From Blepharisma stoltei ATCC 30299 (lineage: Eukaryota > Protista > Ciliophora), in contig CBFDEM010000001.1 of the NCBI GenBank assembly GCA_965603825.1, positions 1-64,000 of the forward strand: a stretch of DNA of 64,000 nucleotides, written 5' to 3'. The notes below the pieces were generated by a model. It made no database searches. It worked only from the letters and a program-made list of their open reading frames with translations, and was not told the DNA's origin. Shown piece after piece: positions 40,601-53,083 of the stretch. How positions within the stretch are numbered: position 1 is the first letter of the stretch; each line of letters starts with the position of its first letter. The translations under genes were made by a program, and so were the position numbers.

Positions 40601-43600
40601 ACTGTGCTGGAAATCGCAAAAACAGCACCTCCAGAGCCACTGGAAGTCCCGTATTTAAGGGTGGTATTAGAAAGCTGGACTGCGCTTTGGGTTGATGCAT
40701 AAATGAAGCTGCCTTGTTTACCTGTTTGTGAATAAAACTCGCAGTCTGATACATTGGCGCTGGAAAGCGTCAAAAGTAGCCCAGGTGTCGCTGAGTCTGC
40801 AGTGTTGTCGTGTATACTTGAGGAATTTATAGAAATAGAAGAATCCAGAAGTACAATTGCCCCCTCCCCGTTAGCAGTATTTCCATATATATTTGAAGAC
40901 GACAGCTGTGAGACTGGAGAAGAAGAGCCTAAAAGATACATAATTGAGCCTTTATTTGCGCAAGAGTTCCTTGTGAATACCGAATCCTTTATTACAAATT
41001 CTGAGCTCTGCTCTGCAAAAACCACCCCTCCAGAAGTCCCTGCATAATTTGCTGTAAAGTTACAAGAGTTGCACTCAAAAAGAGAAGAGCTGCTTATTGC
41101 GATGACTCCGCCAGCCCGTGAGCTTGTATTATTATAATAAATTGAAGCGTCCGATACTGCCAAAGCTTCATTTTTTAATCTTACAGCGCTTCCTCCAGCA
41201 CTGGCAAAGTTGTATTGGAAAATGGACCCTGCTTCTTTCCAGTAATCATAATTAAGCTCAACGGCTGACCCAAGATTGTATTCAAAGCGGCATTGGCTGG
41301 TTTCCATATAAGAATATTGGCTTGAATCGTCAAGGTAAATAACGGATTCCCCAAGGTTATAGGTGAAATTACAAAGGGATAGGATTACTTCAGATTTCAA
41401 GTTTTGCTGGTCTTCATTAATATTGACATACAAGGCAGCTCCTAACTTTGCATGATTTTTATAGAAATTTGTGCTGGAAATAGTCAAAATTCCGTTTAAA
41501 AATAATGCTGAAAGGGCTCCAGAGGTGCTGGCAGTGTTACTTTTAAAGAAAGAGTCCTTAATTTTGGAGCTCTGAGATAGGGCTATTGTTGAGTCTAAGT
41601 AAACGGCTGAGCCGGTAGCTGCACTGTTATTGTAAAAGTAGCATTCAGTCATAAGAAAATCGACTTGGACTTTTCCTGATAAAGTTTCCAGCATATAAAC
41701 TGAGCCTCCGTGAACATCTGCATAATTATTGGTAAAATTTACTGAATTAGCGTGGAATCCGATGTATTTTGTAGTCAAAACTGGGGAGTAATAGATGGCT
41801 CCGCCTGACTCGCTTGGGGACTCATTATAGTCAAAGGTGCAGTTATTAAGAAATAAGAACTGTCCAAGAAACTGCAAAGCACCTCCATAATCTGCCTTGT
41901 TTTTTGCAAAATAGCAGTTTGACAGAGTCAAGTTTTGAAGGGTTCGAGACACTTGTAAAGCCCCTGGACTTGAAGCAAGAAAGTTGTGGTTGAGCGTAAA
42001 CGACGAGTTGAATATAGAAACATTGTAAGGTCCAGAAATAGTAAAGCATGCTGCATTTGCCCCATTTCCAATGTTTTCTGTACAATTTGCAGAGACAATA
42101 GTCACATTTGCCGAGTTTTCGATTATAAAAGTAGGAGAAGAGCTGCCACAATAGTTGTTGGCTAAAGTAGCATTCTCAATTGTCGCATTATCAGAGCCTG
42201 AAACGGCCATCAAAGAAGCACAATCCACAATTGTAGCTGCTGAGCTCCTTGCTTTCATATAAATATCAGGGTCTGCTATAAGATTATCCAAAACTAATGT
42301 GTTTATATCTTCTTTAACGCTTTCAGACCCTCCATTTGAACTCAACTCCATGTCTTTTATGACCATATTAACCAGCTTTGTAAGGCTGACCATTCCTGAA
42401 TCTCCCGAAAAGTTGTTAAGAAAAGTCAGACCAGAAATGCTCAATGATCTTGCACGATAAGTTCCAGTGTCTCTTTGGCCGCTTGGTAGAGTGACAGGTT
42501 TCACAGTGTCAATTTTAAACTCTTGCTTTATATTATTGTTAGAAATATATACCAATGAGCCGCTCTGGACCCCATTCAGCTTAAAAAAGGAGTTAGCAAT
42601 TTTTATGTTCTGCAGCTCACCCTGATAACTAGCTGACAGAATTCCAGCAGAAGAGCCTCAATTTTGTGTAAAATTGGAATCATGAATATTTATATGGTCA
42701 ATCAGCAAATCTTTAACTTCTTTTTGACTGTTTAGCTCTGTTCTGTATACAAGTCCTTTAGCCTGGATATTTATTAGTCCATTTTCAGCGACATTCATAT
42801 AAAAAGTGCAGGAATCCAATTCAAATGTCCTGAAAATTTTCAAAGTTATCAGAGATGCGGTGGATAAGGAGCTGTCTGTTTTCAAAGTCACCACGTTTTT
42901 TGTGAAGATGACGTCTTGGATAAAAACAGAATTCACCTTGCCGGCATAAAAAAATCCTCGAAAGTCGACAGGGTCTAAAAATTCATAGCCATTGTTCAGT
43001 CGTGAAACTGTCCCTGACTTGTAGCTAAAGCTTCCACATTGGTAAGTAGGGTCGTCACAACTTTCAAATTCTACAACAGCAGCTGCCTCTGTTCTAGCTG
43101 AGACAATATTGTCAAAATCCACATTACTCAGGTACACTTGGCCGCTTCTACTGAAGATAAGTGACTGAAATTGCATCCTCCAGTTTTGAAAAGACACATT
43201 TGTTAAGTTTAAAGTTCCGCCTTCGACATCAAAAAGTACTGTGGTTTCTCATTTTTGGCATTCAGTCTGATCTATATATTCAGAAATTGGATTTCCTCTG
43301 TCATCCTTGAATGATCCATCTAGTTGCTGTTCTATATAAGGACAATAATTGCAAAATGCGCCTGAACAGGAAGAGTCCACTTCTGATCCGTCAATAATTA
43401 TATTTTCCATTTCCAAGGTAAGACCACTATTAATAAACTGCAACATTAAATCTTGGCCTGGCACTCTTTTTATTCTAATTAAATTCCCATCATAGCTCGT
43501 AATTTTTAAATAGAGTGTATATAAGCTCCCATCTTGATAAAGAGGATAGTCTGGGTATTTTAGTGTTCCATACACATTATATGCCGAGTCTGTAGCAGAC

Positions 43601-45090
43601 AGCTCATAGTCCCCATCATTTAAAAGGTAAATCACGCAGTATTTCTTTCTAACAAATGCTAAGGCCACAGCAAGAGTTTCAAAAGGAGATTCAAGCGTCC
43701 CAGCTCCTCCGGTTGGGTTATAAGTCTTAACCGAAGTTGCATAATAAACTTGAGGATTTTTAAGAGAAGAGATGTCTATGATAGGAAAACATATAGGATT
43801 GCTGCTTAAGACAGTTCTTGCTTCCATATCACCAGGGCATGATGAAAAGCAGTATCCGTAATATTGAACAGCGTAATCTTCACATCTGAGACAGGCCCAT
43901 TCTACTTCTCCATAGCAGGAAGCACAGTCATAGGTGCAAGTAAGCTCAGTTTCAGGGCTACAGTTGCCGAAAGAAAATCCACACGTATTATAATCGCATT
44001 CGGGATGACAGGTCGTGGGGTCTGTAGCCAGCACAGAATCACATGTGCCAGAAGATTCATTATTGCATATAGACATAATTGGGGTGCGTGAAAAGTCCCA
44101 CCATCAGGATAAACTTTGGTAGAGGGCAAACTTGACTAATCCTTCGTCTTGGCATCTCTGACTGGGATCAGAGCTGATTTGGTCATAATAACAGTCTGCT
44201 ACAAGGCACTCAGGCTTGCACTGACCATAGTCCGCCAATGTGCATCCATCTGCACATCCACAGTCGCTGTAGTCGTAATAGCAATCTATATTATTGCATT
44301 CAGGGTTACAAACCAAATCTCCTAGCATATTTTCGTAGCAGCTCTCAGCGCAGTAGCCGCAATCCCAATCATCTAAATAACAGTTCCAATTATTGCATAA
44401 AGAGTCACATTGCCCATTTCCCAGCATACTTTCCAAGCATCCAGGAGAGCAATCGCAATCATAAGAATCTCAGCCACAGGCCTCTACATGACAAGCATCA
44501 TTACAGATCCAATCATTAATCATCCAGGTATAGCACCCAGGAGCGCATTGAACATCGGCACAATCTCCAAAATCATAATTGCAGTCAGCATTATTACACT
44601 CTGAGTCACAATTGCCATCGCCTAGAAGTGCAGCTCCACAGCCATTTGAGCACTCTTGACAAGTCCCAATATTATAATAGCACTCAGCAACGTTGCATTT
44701 GGATTCACAAGTACCTGTTCCTAGTAAAACTTGGTAACCTACATAAAAGTTACAGGATCCTGTGCAGTACCCACAGTCGCCTCAGTCATATCCACATCGT
44801 CAAGTATTGCAGGAAGAGTCGCATTTTCCGTCCCCGAGTAGATCTGGGTTGCAGCCGTCTGTGTATACGCAGTCATTGTAGCAGTCTGAATATGATGGGT
44901 CGTCAGAATTTCATTTTGGATCGATATCATACCCACAATAAGAGTTCATACAGTTAAAATCGCAATACCCATCTCCAAGCTACATAAAAAGTACCCAACT
45001 TGATGGACACCAGTTTAGGTTGCAGGTAAGTGTTACTGAAGAAGCACTTAAATTTGAAATGCTTAGTAATAGGAAGGAAAGTAAATGCAT
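37660..45090 (-). CDS. Family 2 protein A (~2,466 aa): signal peptide, LNR (Lin-12/Notch)-like repeats, pectin-lyase-like/polymorphic-membrane-protein beta-helix, Cys-rich stalk, multi-pass TM domain
   Basis: All long minus-strand ORF fragments share one frame. ATG 45090 (MHLLSFLLLSIS); two 15-nt introns. Repeats C..LGDGxCDxxCNxxxCxYDxGDC and GGA(I/L/V)..FxxN; GYWR..CP..AC; YWEFVILYRK; QPY...LNRME. Confidence 0.88.
44739..44753 (-). other. 15-nt spliceosomal intron (gene A intron 2), GTAACTTTTATGTAG
   Basis: GT-AG, 15 nt, A at position 10. Removal restores LNR spacing (GSC-YQVLLG). Same position as the intron in gene B. Confidence 0.75.
44980..44994 (-). other. 15-nt spliceosomal intron (gene A intron 1), GTACTTTTTATGTAG
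   Basis: Contains an in-frame TAG. Removal gives CPSSW-LGDGYCD. Confidence 0.9.
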
Positions 45091-45493
45091 TTTATTAATT
45101 TAAGCCTCAAAAAAACGCATTTCTTGAGATTGATGAGCGATCTCTAAAAGCTTTTAGAGGATTATTTTGTCTAAGCAATAAACATAAAGACTCGTTGTAT
45201 TTTAAATTATAGAGCTCTTAAGATAATTATAAAATAGATAGATTCTGAATTAAATCTAACGAAATGCTAATCATATTATCTATTTCACTTTTCTTGCATC
45301 TAAATATTCACTTTCTATCCAAATTATGCGAGCCACTTATATTTTGAATCCTTTAACAAGCGATCCTATGTGAATAGTAATGCCTAATCTTTTATTCTAG
45401 AGTATAATTCAAAATAAGGATTCGTATATACATTTATTTAGAAAAATTTAAGATATCATCATTAAATAATAAGAAAAGCTATCTTATTTACTT

Positions 45494-48400
45494 TTAACTT
45501 TTTCTTTTGCCATACTGATTATAAGGAACTCTTATCTCCTCAACTGAAGAGTCATTTATCTCTGGCTTAATCTCATTCTCATCAATCTCTTCTTCACTTT
45601 CCGCTCCTCTTAGCTCTTTACTGTCCTCATCACTTGCTTCTTCACTCATCTCATGCAGTGTAGACGTTGTATGTCTTTCTCTTTCTGATTCAAAAACACT
45701 ACTCGTCTGGTACTCAGAGATCGAGTCTTGGCTCTCATAGCTGCCAACTGAGAGTTCTTTTCCCGCCTCAAATTCTGGGATTACACTTATAAACATATCA
45801 GCCATGGTGTATTTCGGGTCAAAAGGCTTTGGGAGCTCTTTTGTCTCTTTCATGTTATGTAGCAGCGAGAACATCTTTTCCCCGTCGTTTGAAAACACGT
45901 GGCCTTTCTTTGGGCTGTGGAATATTTCATCGTCAAAGCCATCAGGTTTGTGGCCCATTAATTTTCGTATGAAGGGGATCTTTTCACGGACCATGAGAAG
46001 CCCTGCGTGGAAAATCTTGATGAATCAGAAGTATAAGAAGTAGAGGTTCATTATGACAATGAGTAAAAAGAAAATGAGGCTGCTCCAGTCGTCTAGATCA
46101 TTAGTTAGGTAGTAAAGTCCACAATAAATGGTGATAGAGGATACAAGGACAGACCGAAGCTCCATTTTGTTCAAAGGTCTTCCGTTATAAGGCCGGTACC
46201 TGTACTGCAGATGAAGGCTAGTCGCAAGTACGATCGCTACTGTAAGCGCTTGAATGCTGACTGAAATATTAGCCAGAAACACCGAGCAGCATATAATCAA
46301 TATTTTTCGATACAAAATAATGAATTCTCAATAGTAGCACGAGGCCGTATACCCATTAAAAAAGAACCCAAATTTAAGCCTAACGCTTAATTCGTTCAGT
46401 CTTCTCTTATTCTTCATGAGATTTAGCCAACAAACAGCTGGGATTCCAATTCCCCAAACTATAGCAGCTGGAATAGAAACTATAAACAAATAAAATAAGT
46501 GCTTACTGCTCCAGCATCTTATATCAAGGTTGTCATTGAGTCAATACTCTCCAGAATTTATCTGCTTGCAATTGAACGACCCAAAAATCATCTTTACAAT
46601 GTTCGGGTGCACGATAAATAGCAAAATAATGCAGGTAGACACATAGTCATTCGTAAAATGCTTAAAACTTTTACGCTTAAGGTCGATAAAAACCCAAATG
46701 ACCAGAGCAAGTAGAGATATTCCAATCGGCATCAGACTCATAAGTATCAGCTTGTTGAAGTAGTATTGATCTGGGTCGCTTTCACTGGTTTGCAAAAAGC
46801 AGTCAAAGGAAAAGACTTGGTCACTGACTGACCCAGCACTGTTTTGTGTTGAAAAGACTTGTAGAACTAGACTTGGCCAGTTGAGGTTAAAAGTCGTCAC
46901 AAGCATAACCAGCTGCAGGTAGTTCATAAAGATTTTGATATACACAGAAGTGAGGGACTTTGGAACAAAGGCAGAATCTCTTGTAGATTTGACCATAATT
47001 GCTCCGAGGATAATAAGAGCGATGAAGATCCCAAAAATTCTCATACTGTTTGTGACTTGGTCTGGGCAAGGACTGCAGGTGTCAGAGCCTGTCTTTGAGT
47101 AGCCATATTCACAAGACTGGCAAATGTTTCCTTTGTAACCGTCTGAACACTCACCTGTGTAAGAGATATTGTTTGGGTTGGTTGAGCCTAAGCATGCATC
47201 TGAGTTCGGACACTTCCAAAAGATATTTGTGTACTTGTTATCTCTCCAGTATCCAGACTTAGGCGCCATCGTGTAGTTTCCATAGCAAATTCCGCCGTCA
47301 GGGCAAGCGAGACAAGAGGGGTTCTTAGGGTTTAGACTGTAGTAGTTTGCCTCACAGACTTTGCATATATCCCCTACAGTGGCTTCTCCAAGTTGGCATA
47401 GCCTAAATGCAACATTAATAAAAATTTCTTGATTGTAAACCGCGTTATCATGAGCTTTCTCTGCTTTTGAGACGTCTATTGCAGACGTATAGACCTTTAT
47501 TTGAGTTTTATTCCCTGGGGTGCCAACAATAATAAATTCATTGAAATAAAAAACTCCTTGTACAGCTATCACTTTGGTAATTCCTCCAATTGTAGTCAAG
47601 CTGTCAGTTGGCTGAAGCTCTGCTTGGCTTGAGTTATCAGTTTTAGCCACATTCCCATCATGATCAATCAGGGCAATAGATAGTGGTATTGACGTTATCT
47701 GCCCTGAGGCTATCCCATTTAAGCTTGCCATCACTGGGGTATTTTCTAATCTTCTTGTCGAATTTCCTGTAGAAGTGTCTATAGGAACCATTGAAATTGG
47801 ATATGACGATACATCAGAGCCATATGCAGCTGAGTTATTCGTAAAAGTGTTCCCAGACACTGAAGGCATAATATCATTCCAAGAATAAGCTCCCCCGTTA
47901 TAGCTTGCCTCGTTTTCAATAAAAAGATTATTTGTCAAATTAAATGTACAAATATCCACATCTCTGCAGTTCAAGCAGAGCCCGCCTCCAATCCCATACT
48001 GTACAACTCCTCCTACAAGCGTTGAACCAGCTGCAAGTGCTGTGTTTTCCCTCAATTCAGAATTTTTGACAGACAGTTTGACGTTATTTGTATAGACAGC
48101 TCCTCCATTAGTTGCTGAATTTTTTATAAATTTGGAGTTTTCTATAACATAAGTTTTTTGGATTAATAAATCTGATTGTGTAACTAAATATACAGCTCCA
48201 CCAATAGTAGCATTACAGTTAGAAAATTCGCTGTTTTTGATGGTGACTTGACTGCATGTTGAGCAGTAAATAGACCCTCCATATACTCCAAGGCCGTCAT
48301 CAAAGCGAGAGTCATAAATAGACAGACTGTGCAGTTTTTCTCCATATATCCCTGAATGAGAAAACATGTCGAAATTTGAATTTTGGATTCAAATGGAGCT

Positions 48401-51400
48401 CTGAGAGGCGCCTATAATGCCTCCTGATGTATCAGAGCTGGTGTTTCAGAAGCTTGACCCTTGAATGGTAAGGATAGAGTCAGAGTACGCCAAAATGGCA
48501 CCTTCTGAATTGGCATATATATTCATGAACTGGCAGTTCTTGATATTAATTGTGCTGGAAATCGAAAAAATAGCCCCACCAGAGCCAGAAGCAGCGCCGT
48601 CTGTAAAATCAGTATTAGAAATAGCCAAGTAGCTTTGAGTGGATACGTACACAAAGCAGCCTTGCTTTCCGGTTTGGGAGTACATCTGACTGTCAGAGAT
48701 AGTGGCGCTGGAAAGGGTCAAGAGAATTCCGGGGCTCGTGTTTTCTGCTTCATTTTCGTGGATTTTTGAGTTAGAAATAGAGACTGCTGCATCTAAAAGC
48801 ACAATTGACCCTTCTCCAGAGGCATAATTTCTGTATATATCTGTAGAGTTTATATAAGAAGGCGCTGAAGAGGTCCCAAGAAGGTACATGACAGAGCCTT
48901 TATTCATGCAGGAATTTTTGGTTATAATTGAGTTTTGTATGGCAAAATAAGAGTTCTGTTCGACAAAAAAGACCCCGCCAGAGTTGCCTGCATAATTATT
49001 GGTGAAATTACAAGTGTTGCATTTAAAAATAGATTGGCTGCTAATAGTGACCGTTCCCCCAGTCCCTCTATTTGTATTGTTAAAAAATAAGGCATTTTTT
49101 GACTCTCCAAGTGCTTCGTTCTGCATGCTTACTGCACCCCCTCTCTTGATTGCAGAGTTATACCTAAAAACAGACCCAGAATCAACCCAGTGATCATAAT
49201 TCAGCGCTACAGCAGTCCCTGAGTTTGAGTCAAAAATGCATTCATGCGTTTCTAAATAAGAATATTGGCTGAGATCGTCCATACAGACAATTGAGTCACC
49301 TGAATTTTCAGTTATCTTGCACAATTTTACAATAGTTTGTGACTTCACTGAACCGCTGTCTGCATTTGTATTGATATAAATGGCTGCTCCAAGTTTGGCA
49401 GAGTTCTTAGAAAACTCAGAATCAGAGATCGTGAGGATTCCGTTATAATGTAAAGCTGAAAAAACTCCAAGTGCAGAAGCTGCATTATTAATAAATTTTG
49501 ATTTCGAAACAGTTGAACTCTGGGACAGGGCCGCTGTTTTTTCAATAAAAATTGCAGCGCCACTACTAGCACTGTTTCCGTCAAACAGACAATTTGCCAT
49601 CTGAAAATCAATTTTTGACGAGCCCAAATTGGCTTCTTCTATATATATAGCTCCTCCAGAGCTGAGGGCTTTATTCTTAATAAAATCGCAGTCCTGTATG
49701 TAAACTCCGCTTTTATTTGTAATAAGCTGTGGGTAAACATAAACAGCCCCTCCAAACTGAGTAGGGGAATCATTTGTCTCAAAAAGCAGATTTGACAAAT
49801 TGAGGTATTGTCCTTGGAATAATAAAGCTCCACCATATCCAGCACTATTTGATTTAAAAATACAGTTTTCTATTGTAAGGTTCAAAAGGTCAATTGTGGT
49901 GCCAATCGCTCCGACTCCTGACGATAAGTGGTTTATGTTATCGTAAAAAACAGAATTCGAGACTGTCAGGTTCATATTCCCCTCTACATTAATGCAGAGG
50001 GGATTGTCACCTGAGCCTTGGTTTCCTGTGCAGTTTAGATAAGAAATGCCTCCGTTTTTGACTTTGGAGACCCAAAAAGATGGTGAGTTTTCTTGACAGT
50101 AGTTATTTGTCAAGTTAATGTTGAAAATAGAAGCATTGACTATGCCAGAGAGATAAGCCATAGAAATGCAATCAATTGTTTTAGCTTCGGTGTAGGTTGA
50201 TTTAATGTAGATGTCTGGGTTATCAATCCAATAGTCAAGTATGACGGAGTTCACTGATTTCTTTTCTGATGCAGGAGCTCCATTGGAGTCTATTAAAATG
50301 TCATTTATTTCTAAATTAACCAAATTAATGACATCTAGCACTCCTGCTCCTCCTTGATAATTATTGGTGAACTCAATATACTTTGCCGAGAACCACCTCG
50401 CTTTATAAACAGCTGCAGTCCTCTGCCCTGATGGCAATGTAACTGGCTTCGTAATATCTACTAAATATTCCTGTTTAATTTCATTATTTTTCACATAAAT
50501 CAATGGCCCGCTCTGGACACCATTCGAATCCACAACCAAATTTTCTAACTTAATATTTTGCAGCTCCCCTTGGTAGCTTGCCGAAAGAATCCCATAATTT
50601 TTTCCATAATTTTTCGTAAATTTAGAATCATGTATATGTACATGATTAAGCAATAGGTCAATAAGCTCTTTATTTTCATTAATATCAGTCTTAAATCTCA
50701 GTCCTTTAGAAGCTATGCTCACAATGCCTGTGTCAGCGATATTATAATTAAAGTTGCAATTATCAATTTCAAGGTACCTGAAGACCTTTAGCGCGATAAG
50801 AGACGCTGACGTAAAGGAGGATGAGGTCTGGATTGACACAAAATTGTTCATGAAATTTATGTTTTTTAAGCTTACATAACCAGTTCTTTCTGCATATATG
50901 AAGCCTCGGAAATCGATAGGGTCGGCATACTCGTAGCCGTTGTTGATTCTTGTCACGTTCCCATTGGTGTAATTAATAAAGCCACAGTTATAGCTGCTGT
51001 CTCCACAGTCGTGGACTGTAATAACAGCTGCGGCTTCGCTGCTGTATATATAGATATTGTCAAAATTTACATTGGTTAAGGTGATTGACCCTCCCCAGCT
51101 TTCAAGGATAGCATAGTATCCAGTTCTCCAGTTCTGGAAGGTCACATTTGTCAAAGTCAAGGAGGCTCCATTATAAACTCCAAAAAGGTTAACATTGCTT
51201 GACCATTTGCAGTAGCTTGACGGCAAAAACTCGCTGCTTGAAATGGTTTCTCCTCTGTCATTTTTATAGGATGCATCAATCTGCTGTTCCACATATGGGC
51301 AATAATCGCAGTACTCTGAGCCTGTACAAGTTGATTGTGTGTAGTAGCCATCAATAATTAGGTTTTCCACTTCTATTTGGAGACCGCTTCAAGCTTCTAT

Positions 51401-53083
51401 ATGGATATTCCACTTATCAAGGGCTGTTTTAATTGTAATGATGCTCCCATCAAGGCTAGCAATTTTTAAATACTTCAAAGTTCCAGTATCATAATTATTT
51501 CCATGATTAAGTGGCTTACTTTCTTCATAAACCCACGCTGAAATAATATAAAGATGGTCCACAGGAGCCCACTCATAAGTCCCATCATTGATGAGGTAAA
51601 GAATAGAATAAGCATGCTGGATCTTGGCCAAAGCAGTTGCAAATGTCTCAAAAGGTGACTCCAATGTACCTTCTCCTCCTGAGGTATCCCCAGACTTGAT
51701 AGAAGTTGCATAAAAGATTTTTGGATTTTCAGGGGTCGAGGTATCTATAAAAGGAAGACATACAGTATTGCTGTCCATAATTTGTCGCGGCTCATAGCCA
51801 TACTCACACATCAAGCTGCAGTACCCATATCACTGAAAGTAGCCTTCTTTGCATTGATAACATTCCCCATAGTATGGGCCATAGCACCACTCACAGCCAG
51901 TCTGATAACAATAAAGAGACTGCTCAGTTCAGCAATTTAGCCATGAATATATGCAGGATTTTATTTCACAAAGACTATTGCAGCTATAATAATCAAAAGC
52001 CATTTCTTCGGTACACTTATATCACTGCCAAGTTGCATCATCCCATTTCCATGAATCTTCTTCGCATCAGTTGTAGCCAGGAAGAAAGTCAAAATCGTGC
52101 CAGAGCAGGTTTTGCCGGAGATCGAACATAACCAATGTATAATCCTGACATCGCTTGTCGAGGTCATCACTAAGCTGGTCATAAGCACATTTTCCTACTA
52201 AACACTCAGGCTTGCAGGACCCATAATCTGATAAGGCACACCCATCGGCACAGCCACAATCTCCATAGTCTCAATTGCAGTTATTATTGTTGCAAGCTTC
52301 ATTGCATTCCAAATCCCCAAGCATACTTGTATAACATCCAGAAGCGCAGTCTCCACAATCATAATTATCGTAATTGCATCTTTCAGAGTTGCAAACAGAG
52401 TCACATTTACCGTCGCCTAACAGATCTGTAGTGCAGCCAGGGTAGCAGTCGCAATCAAAATTATCATAGTTGCATGATTCGACATGGCATTCTTTTTGAC
52501 AGATGGAATCCCCAACCATATAGTTATAACACCCACTAGCACAAATTTTGCCTTCACAATCTCCAAAATCATAGTTGCAATTACTATTGTCACACTCAGG
52601 ATCGCAGAATCCATCCCCAGTCATATTTAGAGTACAATTTTCTGCACAAGTATCACAAGCACCTAGATCATAATAGCAAGAAGAAACATTGCAGGCTGTG
52701 TCACAAGCCCCACCTAACATGAATTCATAGCCTAAATAGAGTTTACATCCATCAGCACAAAACCCACAGTCTCCTAAATCATAACCACATTCTCTTATGT
52801 TGCAGTCAGAATCACAGTTTCCGTCCCCGAGATGAGAGGAAGAGCATCCATTGTAGAATAAGCACTGCCAGATGCAGTCTGAGCCGAAAATTTGAGTTTG
52901 TGAGTCACCTACGATAGAAGAATCGTAGCCACAGTAAGGAAACATGCATTCTTTATCGCAGTAATTGTCGCCTCTCTAAGTTTTTCTTACAACGCCAGAA
53001 GGGCACAAATTCAAATTGCACGTAATATTTAAATCTGCAGCCTGAGCTGCCACAATAAGGGCTATTATAGCTGCAAAAACCAT
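45494..53083 (-). CDS. Family 2 protein B (~2,519 aa), tandem paralog of A, with an acidic cytoplasmic tail
   Basis: One frame with TGA=Trp. ATG 53083 (MVFAAIIALIVAAQA); two 15-nt introns; collinear similarity to A (KPVTLPSGQR, PKSLTSVYIKIFMNYLQLVMLV). Confidence 0.88.
52732..52746 (-). other. 15-nt spliceosomal intron (gene B intron 2), GTAAACTCTATTTAG
   Basis: GT-AG, A at position 10. Removal gives DGC-YEFMLG. Position conserved with gene A. Confidence 0.75.
52976..52990 (-). other. 15-nt spliceosomal intron (gene B intron 1), GTAAGAAAAACTTAG
   Basis: Contains an in-frame TAG. Removal gives CPSGV-RGDNYCD. Confidence 0.9.
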
